DNA from: Stegostoma tigrinum
Lineage: Eukaryota
Length of the DNA stretch: 64,000 bases
Reading direction: 5' to 3'
NCBI RefSeq assembly: GCF_030684315.1
Contig: NC_081397.1
Span: 5,332,001-5,396,000 of the forward strand
Shown here: positions 50,601 through 64,000 of the stretch, piece after piece
Numbering within the stretch: the stretch's first letter is position 1
Layout: each line of letters begins with the position of its first letter
Program-made: the position numbers and the translations under genes
The notes under the pieces: model-generated
Database searches by the model: none
What the model saw: the letters and a program-made list of their open reading frames with translations, nothing else
What the model was told of the DNA's origin: nothing

Positions 50601-53117
50601 AGCAATATCACAATAGAACCGCCCTCACTTATATTTTGCAAAGATTGGTCAACAGTGTTTATTCTTCAGTAAATTCAGTTTGACGGTTCCAGTTGTGCCC
50701 AGTGAATGACAGAAATCAAAAGTTCAACATCGAGCATGTTAATGTCCGCGCCGTAAAACGAAATCCAAGTAAGAAAACTAATTTTCTTTCCTGCACAAGC
50801 AACATTGTGGTCAGTCAGCCGCAATGCAGTTGATTTGTTCATTGCACTTCCTCTTTGGCAATAACATACTAAATTCACATCTTTACTTTAGCAGCATTCC
50901 AAGACTTGTGTCACTATGCAATGTTGAATAATATTAATCTCATCCTGAAAATATCCTTTGATATCACCACAGCGGTTAGACTCTGCAATGTATCCTTGGC
51001 AAAGGTCCATTGCTTCTCTGTCCTCAACTCTGAAGAAAAGCACAGACTCATTTCAGTTGCAATGCCTTGCATTTTCACTTGCTTATAAATGCTGGAGACA
51101 CAAACAACTGAAGAACATAGGCTGTTTCACATTTGCGAAAGAAGAGATGAACCGAAAACTCTGTTCTCTGCCATGGTGGTAATTGGCTCTCCACTTTACA
51201 AGAAATACTTAATCTGCTCAGTAATGCAATACAGGAAGATAGAAATAGGATCAATTGAGTGGATCCGTCTGTCTTGTTTCATAACAGCAGCTCTTGTGCC
51301 AATACACAGTAGGAACAGAATAACTTAAAGTGTGGAGATGCTGCCAGGTTAGTAGATACCCAGGCAAAAACAAAAGAAAATGCCATTTCTCTTAAATATC
51401 ACATGGGTGGGAGAGCTCCCCTTTCATTATGCATGAATAGGACAGGGTAAGAGCGAAGTACTTCAATCCCAGTATGTGAATACTTTCCTTGAGGATTAAG
51501 TATGAGGTATCAGCTTGGCATAAAGTAAATTAGTCATGTTCACTACATCAGAAAATACTGAATCGATTGCATGATCAATGATGAATTCTACTGAAACAGC
51601 TCAAGAAGTAAATTGAAATCCAGATTAAATATGCCTCCAAATATCACACCATGTCTTAGATTTGGACACTTAACTAGTGCATCAATTTCCTTTGTTGAAA
51701 CTGAAGGAAATATATAGTAGGCCAAGTTTAAAATGAAATAAACATTACAATTTAATTTGCTTCCAATGAGGTACAAATTAAAAAGCAGCTCTCATCTCGT
51801 GCAGAAGTACTGCATAACGATGTTGTTAAATGGACCAAAGAAGAAAGCAAATGGGGTCATGAACAGATACAGATAACTGGAGTTTATTGGAAATAGATTG
51901 AAGAAACGCTGATCTCATGATCTTGTTACAGGAGGAATAAATACACATTCAGTTTTTGAGTGACTGACCAATCCAGAACAAAACTTACTATCATAAACCG
52001 GACAGTAACCAAACTGCATCTACAGAGTCAGAGACTGACAAAGGTATTAAAACAGTTTAATTTACATGATCTGATTATATGGCATTGGGTAAAATCTCAT
52101 TCATGTTGAGCAGCAGAGATTTGAACAATAGAAGAATGTCAGCAGTTCCTACAAGTAACATTTTCAATGCAACATTACCCACTCATTACCCATGTGAAAG
52201 ATGATGAAAATGCATGAGGAATACATTGACACACAATGCCAGAGACTGACTTGATGCCATGCTGACTGTCAGCCCGACGCTAATGAAAACCAACAGTAAC
52301 CACACTTATAATCTCAGTGGGAGACTGACTATTTCAGAAGAATGCCCACACTCTCTCTATGATTAATGTATTATAAATTAGTGTTATAATGATATAATAA
52401 TTTATAATACACCTCATAAAGGGAATCAAATCATACATGCAGAGCGAGAAACACAAGCAGACATTTGGAAAAGGACAGTGTCACTTTGCCCAATACCCAT
52501 CTTTAATTCAGATTGGCACCTCATTAGAAATCTCCCTCTCTTACAACAAACAGATGCTGAAAGGAAAGAAATGAAATTGATACCTCTGGTCGGCATGGAC
52601 TGTTGGACCAAAGGTCTGTTTCCCAGATGGACTTTGACAATATTGCTGCACTCTCATATTCACAAAGCAGAAACTGATCAGAAGAAACTCACAGTAACAC
52701 TCCCAAGCCGCATGAGGCATAAAATGGCATAACAAGGCAGTTATATTCACAGAGTAGAATCTGATAGGGGGAAATAACAATTATATTTCCATATTTAAAT
52801 CACAGAAACTGATTGGAAAGGGTTTACAACTGCACTTAAACATTCACACTGCAGGTAATGACAGGGACAGATTGATAACAACGTCCGTATATGCACGTAG
52901 CCAAGAATGATCGGTAGAAATAGATAACTGTGTTCTCATATTCATGGAGAGGAAAGCATTACAAATTCATAACTGCATTTATATATTCACATCACAAAAA
53001 CTGATAGTTGCAGATGAATAACTACATTCTCAGGTTCCCAGAGCAGACGTGGACAGATGCAGATTGAAATTTGCACTCAAATATTCACGTTGCATGTTCA
53101 CACATCATTATCAACAG

Positions 53118-53432
53118 AGATAGAGTTGATAGCCAGAGACTATTTCCCAGGGCAGAAATGGCTAGCACGAGGGGTCAGAGTTTTAAGCTGGTTGGTGGAA
53201 AGTATAGAGGGGATGTCAGAGGCAGGTTATTTACGCAGAGAGTTGTGAGAGCATGGAATGCGTTGCCAGCAGCAGTTGTGGAAGCAAGGTCATTGGGGTC
53301 ATTTAAGAGACTGCTGGACATGTATATGGTCACAGAAATTTGAGGGTGCATACATGAGGATCAATGGTCAGCACAACATTGTGGGCTGAAGGGCCTGTTC
53401 TGTGCTGTACTGTTCTATGTTCTATGTTCTAT
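53118..53432 (+). mobile_element. Recent CR1 LINE 3'-end insertion, right arm only
   Basis: Nearly identical to the 3' end of the 6697-7800 element, with a (TTCTATG)n tail; the empty site is at ~31730 in the left arm. Confidence 0.9.
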
Positions 53433-55196
53433 TAATTACAAAACTCACATCTGTATAACACAAATAGACACTGATTGCTGTGTGAAGGTGCAATTGTATT
53501 TTTCAATCAGTCCCTGTCAGTTTTCACAATGTGGATGTGTGATTTTAGTTATCAATCAATACCTGTCAGTGAATGCCACGTGAATGTGTGAGGATAGTGT
53601 AATGCATGTTAACTACATGGATTTTAGTAAGACATTTGATAAAGTACCATGCAGCAGATGAATCAGAAATGGAAAGGCTCATGGGATACAGAGCAATGTG
53701 CTAAATTGGAAGCAAAGTTTGCTTAGCAACAGGAATCAAATGGTCAATGGCTGCCCTTGTAAACCGAAAGCTGTTTCAAGTGGTGTTTCTCATAGCTCAG
53801 TGTTGGGACCTCTGCTGTTTGTTTTATATGATAGCAACTTGAACTTGAACATGGGGATACAATTGGGAAATTTTCAGCCAGCACAAAAATTTAACAGTGT
53901 ACTGGTAGTCCAGAGGATAGCTGTCAGCTCCAAAATGATATAGAAGTTTTGATGGAAGGGGCAGATGAGTGGCATATGGAGTTCAACTCTGATAAATGTG
54001 AGGTAATGCATTTCAGGAGGTGCAAGGACACAAAATAGGAATACATGAGGTGGTGTGGAAATTGTACATAAAATGAGTGGTTTGGTGTGCAAGTGTAATG
54101 GAGTATGAAAATAGCAGTGCAGGTGGATAAGATTGTGAAACTAGGTATATAGAATGCTGTCCTTTTTTGGCAGAGGTATACAACACAAAAGTAGGGCTAT
54201 AACGATGAAAGTATTTAAGACACTGGTGAGGCTGGAACTGATGTATTGTGCGCCGCGATGGTCACCACATTACAGGACAACGTTATTGCTCTGGATATAT
54301 TGCAGAGAAGATTTACTGGAATGTTGCCAGGGCTGGAAAGTTATAGCTATGAGGAGTGATTGCAGAGGTTGGAGCTGTATTATTTTGAACAGTGAAAGCT
54401 GGGAGTGCCATGATTGAGGCAATTGGGATGGGCAGAGACAGAGTCGACAGGGGGAATCGGTTTCCCTTGGCATAGAGTTTAAAAACCATTGGGTGTAGAT
54501 CAAGTGAAGTGGCAGAACGATGAGAGATGATGGGAGGAAAACCATTTTTATGAGAGGTTGCTTATCTCAAATACGCTGCCTGAGTTGCTGATAGCAGAGA
54601 TTCTCAACTCTTGTCAGAACATACCTGGACCTCCACATTCAGTCTGCAAGCTGCAGGGCTATGGGATGTATGCAAGAAGATCGGATTTTATGATGGCCAT
54701 TTTGGGGTGTTTGGGTCAGCATGGATATATTGAGCCAAATGGCCACCTTCTGTGCTGCATAATTTAAATTGATCAATAGTTCGTGATCATTCTCTCCCTG
54801 TCAGCCTCTGCTGTGTAATACATGAATAATGACCAAAGACCTCGAGGGACACGTTGATAACTACACTCACACATTCACCAAGTAGCAACTGACATGAATA
54901 GATCAATAACTAAACTCACATCCACTGACAAGCTTCCACTGGGTGGTTCCAGTCATGGAGCTGTACAGGTATCATTTACTTTCAGGAGCTCATTCAAATG
55001 GTGTTGAAGTTTTTTGAAATGATCAGACAAGGAGCAGTCAGGGCAAGATTGGATCAAGACCCATAGTTATGTTAGAATTCCTAGTAATATTAATATATCC
55101 AAATGATTATTAACTAAATGTTGTGTTGATCAGTTAAACATTGTCAAACCCAATTGATGTTGCTTTACACGAACTATCTCTTCTGTCTTCCCACAG

Positions 55197-55280
55197 AAAA
55201 AAACACTTGAATGAACAAGACAAAGTAAGATTTCTTCAGTGCAGAGGCAAGTGTGCCCAGATCCATCTGATAAACAGCAG
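55197..55280 (+). other. Exon-like module B (84 bp), paralog of module A
   Basis: ctcttctgtcttcccacAG | ... CAGCAG | GTATGT; the left-arm counterpart (~29880-29965) has GG in place of the donor GT. Confidence 0.4.
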
Positions 55281-58200
55281 GTATGTTCCCACTGTCAGAG
55301 CAGAGAACATCCTTTCCGCAGTCACAGAGCAGATTGAGTCAGACACACAGTGAGCTTAATTTCCAACAGATATGTTCAAATTTTTCCAACAGGAGAACAA
55401 GGTTGGAGAAATTAAACTTTATTTTTCTTATCTCTCCATTCCACATAGACAGTTCCAACAAATTTCAGCATTCATCACCCATTGACTTTTACACCATTTT
55501 TGAAGATGGATAGGCTGAAATTATACACTCAGTATCTGAATGAAATCTACGTAAAATTACTCTACTAGCAATTATCACATAATGAATCACACCTCCACTA
55601 AGAATATTACTGGCTGCTGACAATTAAGCCACTTTTACAAGTAGAAAATGACCAGTATGGATTGATGCCTAACCTCACTCATTTGTGTTGTAAATGCATA
55701 CAAAAGAGAAAGGATGACGAGACTCACATATTGGCATTGCAGAAACCGACAGCTAAAGATTCATAAAGATATTCACACATTCACATCATAGAAACTGGGA
55801 TACACAGGTTAGTAAACAACACTCACATTCACATAGCAAACTGACAGCAACTGAACGATAACTACTTTCACATATCCACACAGCAGAAACTGGCAGCTAC
55901 ATATTGATGACAACTCCCAATTTCACAGACCATAAAGTGACAGGTACAGTTTTATAACTGCATATCCACAGATTTAAAAAATACCGACGGGTACAGTTTG
56001 ATAACTATACTCAAATATTCACAAAGTAGATTCCCACAGGTACATATTGATAACTTTACTTGCAAATTATGAGGTATTGATAGGTACAGGGTGCTCTACA
56101 TGCACATATCCATACAGAAGAAATTGATAGGAACTGATTGACGATCACTTTAGAGATAGCAAGAGCTGCAGATTCTGGAGTCAGCCTTCCCAGTTTCACA
56201 AAGCATTAGCTGACAGATACAGTTTGGTAACTACTCTCATATTCACAGAGTAGAAGCTGACTGGCTGTTATTGATAACTGCACTCACATGGTCACCAAGA
56301 AGAAACTCAGAGATTGATAACAGTGACATTCAAATTGCAGAAACTGGCGGCTACACAATGATAACTGCTGTCACATTTGCATTGCATGAACCGTTGGGGT
56401 CAGATTAATAACAATGCTGTTGTTGAATTGCTCAACAAGCTTGTTACTTGTTTAGAGACATTTTGTCACCATCTACATAATACCTTCAGTGCACCTCTGG
56501 TGATGTGTTGCTGTTGTGTCCTGCTGGCTGTTTATGTGCTGCAGTTGACTGGGGTGGCTGACATCACTTCTGGATTTGTTTCTCAGTGGTTGGTGTATGG
56601 GATCCTGCTCTACGCATTTGTTGATGGCATTCCAGTTTGAACGTCAGGCCTCCAGGAATTCTTGTGCATGTCTTTGGTTGGCTTGTCCTCAGATGATTAA
56701 GTTGTCCCAGTCAAATTGGTGTCCCTCTTTGTCCATGTGTATTGAGATGAGTGATAGTTGGCCATGTCTCTTGGTAGCTGGTTTGTGTCTACGAATCATG
56801 ATGGCTAGTTTCCTACCAGTTTGGCCTGTGTACTGCTTTTGGCATCTGTGCACGATATCGTGCAAATAACATTGGTTCTGTCAGTTGTGGTTGTTGGTTC
56901 GGGGCAATATGGTGCTCATTTCTGACATGTTTTTCATGTTTGGTCAGGTGACTAGTGTTTCTGGACGTGCTGTGTTATCCATTTGTCGTCTGTTGTGCAG
57001 GTGTCGAAGGACAATGCTTTTCAGGTAACCTTCGTTTCTATAGTCACTGTATCGTGTTCTTCCTCAGCTTTACGCAGCTCTGGATGCTGCAGTGTGTTGT
57101 GGCTCACTTGAACAGTGTTTTGGTGCAGCTCCATTAGTAGATATTGGGATGATTGCTATTGTAGTTGAGTATCTGATCAGAATCTATTAAAACATGTAAT
57201 AACTACACTCTCAGGCTCTCCTAACTGAAATTGACAAAGAGCGATTGATAACTAAACGTTCACATAGCAAAACAGTGTCATGGACAGACTGATAATTTCA
57301 GACACATATTCACTGAGTAGAAACTGACTGACAGAAAATGACATCTATACTCAGGTACCCGGATAGCAGAAACTGACAGGAACAGGTTGATGATAACATG
57401 GACATGTACATGATACCTGCACTCCCTCATTCCAATTGCATTAACTGAGTGGTACAGATTGATTCCTGCACTCTCACATTCTCACAACAGAAAGTGGCAG
57501 AGACAGATATATAACTGCATTCATTCACACGGCACAAACTGTGAGGACAAGGTTGTCACTACGCTCTCACATTTACAGAGCAGAAACTGACAGGTACAAA
57601 GTAAATTTGCACTCATACGTCCACAAATCAGAAACTGAAAGGCCCATATAGATACCCACACTCTCTGTTTCACACAGCATAAACGGACAAAATAAAACCC
57701 GAAAGAACTGCGGATGTTCCCCCCGCAGCGGTCGGCAATGCCCTCAACCATGTCTTCCACATTTCCCGCGCCTCATCCCTCACACCCTGTCCCTGCAATA
57801 ACTGTCAAAACAGAAACCCCTTCGTCCCCACATACCACCTTACCAACGTCTGGATACAACGCATCATCCTCCGACACTTGTGCCATCTACGATTCAACCC
57901 TACCACCAAAGACATTTTTACTACCCCACCCTTGTCTGCTTTCAGGTGAGACCACTCTCTCCACAACTCCCTTGTCTGGTCCACACTCCCGTCCAACCCC
58001 AGCACACCCGGCACCTTCCCCTGCAACCGCAGGAAGTGCTACACTTGCCCTCACACCTCCTCCCTAACCCCAATCCCAGGCCCCAAGATGACTTTCCACA
58101 TCAAGCAGATGTTCCCCTGCACATCCGTCAATGTGGTATACTGCATCGGCAGTACCCGGTGTGGTTTTGTCTGCATTGGCGAAACCAAGCGGAGCCTTGG

Positions 58201-61200
58201 GGACTGCTTTGCAGAACAGCTCCACTCGGTTCGCCATAAACAACTACACCTCCCAGTCGCGAACCATTTCAACTCCCCCTCCCATTCCTTAGACAACATG
58301 GGCATCCTGCAGTGTCATAATGATCCCACCCGTAGGTTGCAGGAACAGCAACTCATATTCCGCTTGGGAACCCTGCAGCCTCATGGTATCGATGTCGATT
58401 TCACCTGCTTCAAAATCTCCCTTCCCCCCACTGCATCCCAAACCAGCCCAGCTCGTCCCCGCCTGCCTAACCTGTTCTTCCCCTCACCTATCCCCTCTTC
58501 CCACCTCAAGCCGCACCTCCATTTCCTACCTCCTAACCTCAGCCTGCCCCCTTGACCTGTCCATCCTCCCCAGACTGACCTATCCCCTCCGTACCTCCCC
58601 ACCCATACTCTCCTCTGCACCTATCTTCTCCTCTGTCCACCTTCAGTCCACCTCTCCCTCTCTCCCTATTTATATCAAAACCCTCTCCCCTTCCCCCTTT
58701 TTCTGATGAAGGGTCTCGGCCCAAAACGTCAGCTATTATGCTCCTAAGATGCTGCTTGGCCTGCTGTGTTCATCCAGCCCCACACCTTGTTATCTGCGGA
58801 AGCTGTAAATCAGGAACAAAAACAAAGTTGCTGGAAAAGCACAGCAGGTCCAGCAGCACCTGTGAGGGAGAAAACCGAGTTAACATTTCAGGTCCGGTGT
58901 ACAGATCGATAACTAAACTCACGTATTCACATTGAGGAATCTTTGAGCTAGAGACTGATAATCACAGTCCTACATTCAGAGAACAGGAACACACAGGCTA
59001 GACTGATAACTAACTTCATGTATTAACATAGCAGAAACTGACTGGCATAGATTGGTAACTGCATTCACGTTATCTTGTCAGCTGCAACAAACAGGTACGG
59101 AGAGATAACTACACTCATACATTCACTCCGTAAATACTGACAATGACAAACAGCTTCAATCCCACCTATTGCATAGCAGAAATTGTCAAGAGCAGATTGA
59201 TAATAAAGTGTGGAGCTGGATGAACACAGCAGGCCAAGCAGCATCTCAGGAGCACAAAAGCTGACGGTTCGGGCCACAACCCTTCATCAGAGAGGGGGAT
59301 GGCGAGAGGGAACTGGAATAAATAGGGAGGCGGGGGGAGGCGGACCGAAGATGGAGAGAAAACAAGATAGGTGGAGAGGACAGTGTAGGTGAGGAGGTAT
59401 GGAGGGGATAGGTCAGTCCAGGGAAGATGGACAGGTCAACGACGTGGGATGAGGTGGTCAGTTGGAAATGGAGGTGTGGCTTGAGGTGGGAGGAAGGGAT
59501 TGGTGAGAGGAAGAACAGGTGAGGGAAGCAGAGACAGGCTGGGCTGGTTTTGGGATGCAGTGGGGGGAGGGGAAGAACTGGGCTGGTTTTGGGATGCAGT
59601 CGGGGGACCCCAGAGGATCCGCCTCATCCTCACATACCACCTCACCTACCTCTGGATACAACATATCATCCTCCGACTCTTCCACCATCTACAATCCGAC
59701 CCCACCACCCAAGCCATTTTTCCATCCCCACCCTTGTCTCTTTCCGGAGAGACCACTCTCTCCGCGACTCCCTTGTCCGCTCCACACTCCCCTCCAACCA
59801 CACCACACCCTGCACCTTCCCCTGCAACCACACAAAGTGCGACACTTGCCCCACGCACCTCCGCCACCCCCATCCCAGGCCCCAGGACCTTCCATATCAA
59901 ACAGATGTTCACCTGCACATCTGCCAATGTGGTTTATTGTATCCTTTGCACCCAGTGTGGCTTGCTCTACGTTGGAGAAACCAAGCGGAGGCTTGGGGAC
60001 CACTTTGCAGAACACCTCCGCTCGATTCGCAACAAACAACTGCACCTCCCAGTCGCGAAACATTTCAGGTCCCCCTCCCATTCCTCAGATGACATGTCCA
60101 TCATGGGCCTCCTGCATTGCCACAATGATGCCACCCGAAGGTTGCAGGAACAGTAACTCATATTCCGCTTGGGAACCCCGCAGCCCAATGGTATCAACGT
60201 GTACTTGACAAGCTTCAAAATCTCCCCTTCCCCGACTGCATCCCAAAACCACCCCAGTTCTTCCCCTCCCCACTCTGTATCACAAAACCAGCCCAACCTG
60301 TCTCTGCATCCCTAACCTGTTCTTCCTCTCACCAATCCCTTCCTGCCACCTCAAGCCGCACCTCCATTTCCAACTGACCACCTCATCCCGCCTCCTTGAT
60401 GTGTCCATCTTCCCTGAACTGACGTATTCCCTCCCTACCTCCCCACCTATACTCTCCTCTCTACCTATCTTCTTTTCTCTCCATCTTCGGTCCGCCTCCC
60501 CCCTCTCTCCCTATTTATTCCAGTTCCCTCTCCCCATCCCCCTCTCTGATGAAGGGTCTCGGCCTGAAACATCAGGTTTTGTGCTCCTGAGATACAGTGA
60601 TAACTGCTGCCAAACATTCGCAGAGCACGTATGAAAATAAACAGATTGATAACTAAACACCCATTTTCACAAGACAGAAGACTGATGGGGAAAAATTGGT
60701 ACGTCCTGTCATAATTTCACACAGCAAAGACTGATATGGACGGAATAATAACTACAGTTACACATTCATGCAACAGAATCTTTAAGGAATGTATTGATAA
60801 TTGTACAAACAAACTCACTTAGGAGAAACTGACAGTCTCAGATTTAAAACTACACTCTCTTTTTCACAAACTAAAAACTGGCAGGTACAGTGTGACAACT
60901 GAACTCAATAGTCACAGAACAAAGTCTCCCAGGTACATTGTGACAACTACATTCTCACATCTGCCTAACAGAAACTAAACTCGCATATTGACGGAGCAGA
61001 AATTGGCATGTGCAGACTAATGCCTGCACTCTTACATTGATACCACCGAATGGACATGTAGGCACGTGTAACAACACTCATGCATTTTCTTGGAGAAACT
61101 GTCAGGCATGGATTGAGAACTACACCCACACATTCACAGAGCACAGATTGAAATGTACAGACTAATAATGTCACATTTTTGGACAACAGAAATGACAGAG

Positions 61201-64000
61201 GTAGATGACCTGAAATATCAAGCGACATTGAAGATCTGGTCAGGAAAGGGAAGAAGGCAGACATTGGGTTTAAACTATCAGGCTCAAGTGAATCCCTAGA
61301 TAACTATAAAAAGTGGAGAAGCACACAAGAGGGAAATCAGAAAAGCAAAAAGATGTCATGAAATGGATCTGGCAGAAAAGGTTACAGATAATCCCCAGAG
61401 GGTCCATAGTTATAATAAGAGTAAAAGGTTGGCTGGGGAGAGGAGGACCCCTTAAAGATCAGGATGGTGGTCCATGTGTGGAGCCACAGCAGAAGGGGAG
61501 GATTTTTAATGAATATTTCTCCTCATGTTTGCTGAGGAGAGAATCATGGATGCTAAGGAAATGAGATTAATTCCCTACAGTGTGGAAACAGGCCCCTCGG
61601 CTCAACAAATCCACTCCACCCCTTCAAGCTTCCCACCCAGACCCAACCCCCTATAACCCACACACCCCTGAACATTACGGGCAATTTAGCATGTCCGGTC
61701 CACCTAACCTGCACATCTTTGGGCTGTGGGAGGAAACCAGAGCCCCCAGAGGAAACCCACGCAGACACGGAGAATGTGTAAACTCCACACAGACAGTCGC
61801 CCGAGGCTGGATTCGAATCTGGGTCCCTGGTGCTGTGAGGCCGCAGTGCTAACCACTGAGCCACTGTGCCACCCTATAATCCCTACAAGAAATAAGGGAA
61901 GGAAGTAGAGACATTTTGGACTGCATATGTCTGAACAGGAAGGGTGTCTTTGCAGCCTTAGATCATATTAAGGTGGATGAATTTCTGAGTTCTGATCGTG
62001 TCCATCTCGGATTTTGTGGGAAGCCAGTAAAGAAATTGCAGAGGCCCTTCCTTTGCAGAGATTTTAGCTTCATTTTTAGCCACTGGCGAGGTTCCAGAAG
62101 ACTGGAGGGTGGCTAAAGTTGTGACATTGTTTATGAAAGGGAGGAAAGACAAGCCAGGGAACTTCCAGCCAGTGAGCCTAACACAAGCAGTACGCAAGTT
62201 ATTGGAAAGGACGCTGAGTGACATGATCGATGAACATTAGGATAGTCAAGGTATGATTACGAATAGTCGGCATGGATTTGTGTGCGGAAAGGCACATGTG
62301 ACAAATCTTTGAGTTTTTCAAAGAAGTTACCAAGTGGGTAGATGAGGGGAGGGCAGTGGATGTAGTCTGTATGAACTTTAGTCAGGCCTTTGACAAGGTC
62401 CTGCACGCAGACTAGTAATGAAGGCTAGGTTGCAAGGGATCCGGGGAGAGCTAGCTAATTTGATTCAAAAATGGCTCGATGGTAGAAAGCAGAGTGTGAT
62501 GGTTGAAGCTTGTTTCTCGGACTGGAGGCCTGTGACTCGTGATGTGCCACAGGGGTTGGTGCTGTGACCTTTGTTGGGCACCTCGGTGTCTCAGTGGCTA
62601 GCACCGGGGATCCGGGTTCAATTCCATCCTCAGGCGATTATCTGTGTGGAGTTTGCATATTCTCTCCGTGTCTGCATGATGTTCCTCCGGGTGCTCCAGT
62701 TTCCGCCCACAGTTCAAAGATGTGCAGGCTAGGTGGGTTGGCTATGGGAATTTTCCCATAGTGTTCAGTGATGTGTTCGTTGGGTGAGTTATAGCAGGAT
62801 GGATCTCGGTGGGATGCTTGGAGTGTCAGCATGGACTTGTTGGGCCAAAGGGCCTGTTTCCACACAGTAGGGATTCGATGATTGTGTGATAAGTGGCCTT
62901 GATGTGAATGCACAAGGCATGATTCGTATGTTTTCCAGGATACAAAATTAAGATGTAGTTTTGAAAGTGAGGAAGGCTTATCAAGAAAATGGAGGGATTT
63001 AAGAAGGACCTTGCGGAGTGGTGCACATGTGGAATCAGCTGCCAGAGAAAGTTGTTGAGGCAGTTGCAATAGCAGTACTAAAAAAAAAGAAAGGATAAGT
63101 TTTAGAGGGATATGTCCAAATGGGGGCAATTGGAATTAGCTGAGAGGGCACCATGATCAGCATGAACCAGTTTGGGCTGAAGGGCCTTTGTCCATGCTGC
63201 ACGACTGCCTGACCTCAGACTACAACAGGACCTTGATCGAGAGGACCAATGGGCTATGGAGTGGCAGCTGGGGTTTAATCTTGACAAATGTGAGGTGCTA
63301 CATTTTGTAACAGAAAATCGGGGCAAGACTTGCACACTTCATGGTCAATTCTCGGGAAGTGTTGCCAAACTAAGTGGCCATGGAATGCAGGCTCGTAGCG
63401 TCTTGAAAGTGGAATTCCAGGGAGACAGGGCAGTGAAGAAGGTGTTTGATACAATTGCCTTTATTGGTCAGTGCATTCAGTGTATATTGAGGATCGGGAG
63501 GTGATGTTGTGACTGTACAGAAGATTGGTGAGACTACTTCTGAAATACTGCATTCAGTTCTGGTGCCCCCTTGCAATAGGAAAGGTGTTGTTCAACTTGA
63601 CTGAGTCAGGAACATGTTTAAAAGGATGTTGCCACAGTCGGAAAGTTTGAGTTTCAGGGAGAGACTGAATAGACAGGGCTTATTGTGGCTTGTTTTCCAT
63701 GGAGTGTCTGAGGCTGGGTGGTGACTGTGTAGAAGATATAAAATTAAGAGGCGCATGGATAGCATGAATAATCACGTTCTTATGCACAAGGGATAGGAGG
63801 CCAAAACTAGAGGGCATGGGTTTTGGATGAGAAAATCACGATTTGAAAGGAAACGGTGGGCAATGTTTGCTCACAGAGTGTAGTGTGGAATTGCAGTGAA
63901 CTGCCAGAGGAAGTGGTGGAGTTGAGTCCAGCTACAATATTTAAAAGACATCTGGGCGGGTGTATGAATAGGAAGGGCTTCGAGTGATGTGGGCCAAATG

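Larger units (their letters stand above)
46586..64000 (-). repeat. Right arm of the giant inverted segmental duplication (runs off the window)
   Basis: The last 40 nt are the reverse complement of ~20679-20718; colinear with the left arm apart from a few indels. Confidence 0.97.

Overview
Eukaryotic DNA, most likely from a shark or other elasmobranch (inferred from the repeat families and the histone tail sequences). The window holds a replication-dependent histone cluster, H4(+) H3(+) H2A(-) H2B(-) at 15.1-20.0 kb, each gene with a 3' stem-loop. It also holds an intact H1 gene at 45.06-45.70 kb and a decayed H1 3'-end relic at 13.6 kb. The dominant structure is a giant inverted duplication: about 20.68-38.24 kb mirrors about 46.59-64.0 kb and runs off the window, with an ~8.3 kb spacer containing H1. 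Each arm starts at a CpG-island promoter and first exon (NRF1-like motifs, ATG, GTGAGT donor) of an unidentified outward-pointing spliced transcription unit. That unit carries repeated ~82-84 bp exon-like modules and many degenerate ~47-49 bp tandem arrays, and an older third copy lies at 5.8-11.5 kb. The rest is dense with CR1/L2 LINE fragments, tRNA-derived SINEs and Penelope-like elements (PLEs). The PLE termini carry minimal hammerhead-ribozyme motifs and form fold-back structures. An Ig-domain (FcR-like) exon with an internal stop, only partly covered by the ORF track, lies at 288-590 on the minus strand. Repeat boundaries are approximate and all alignments were done by eye.
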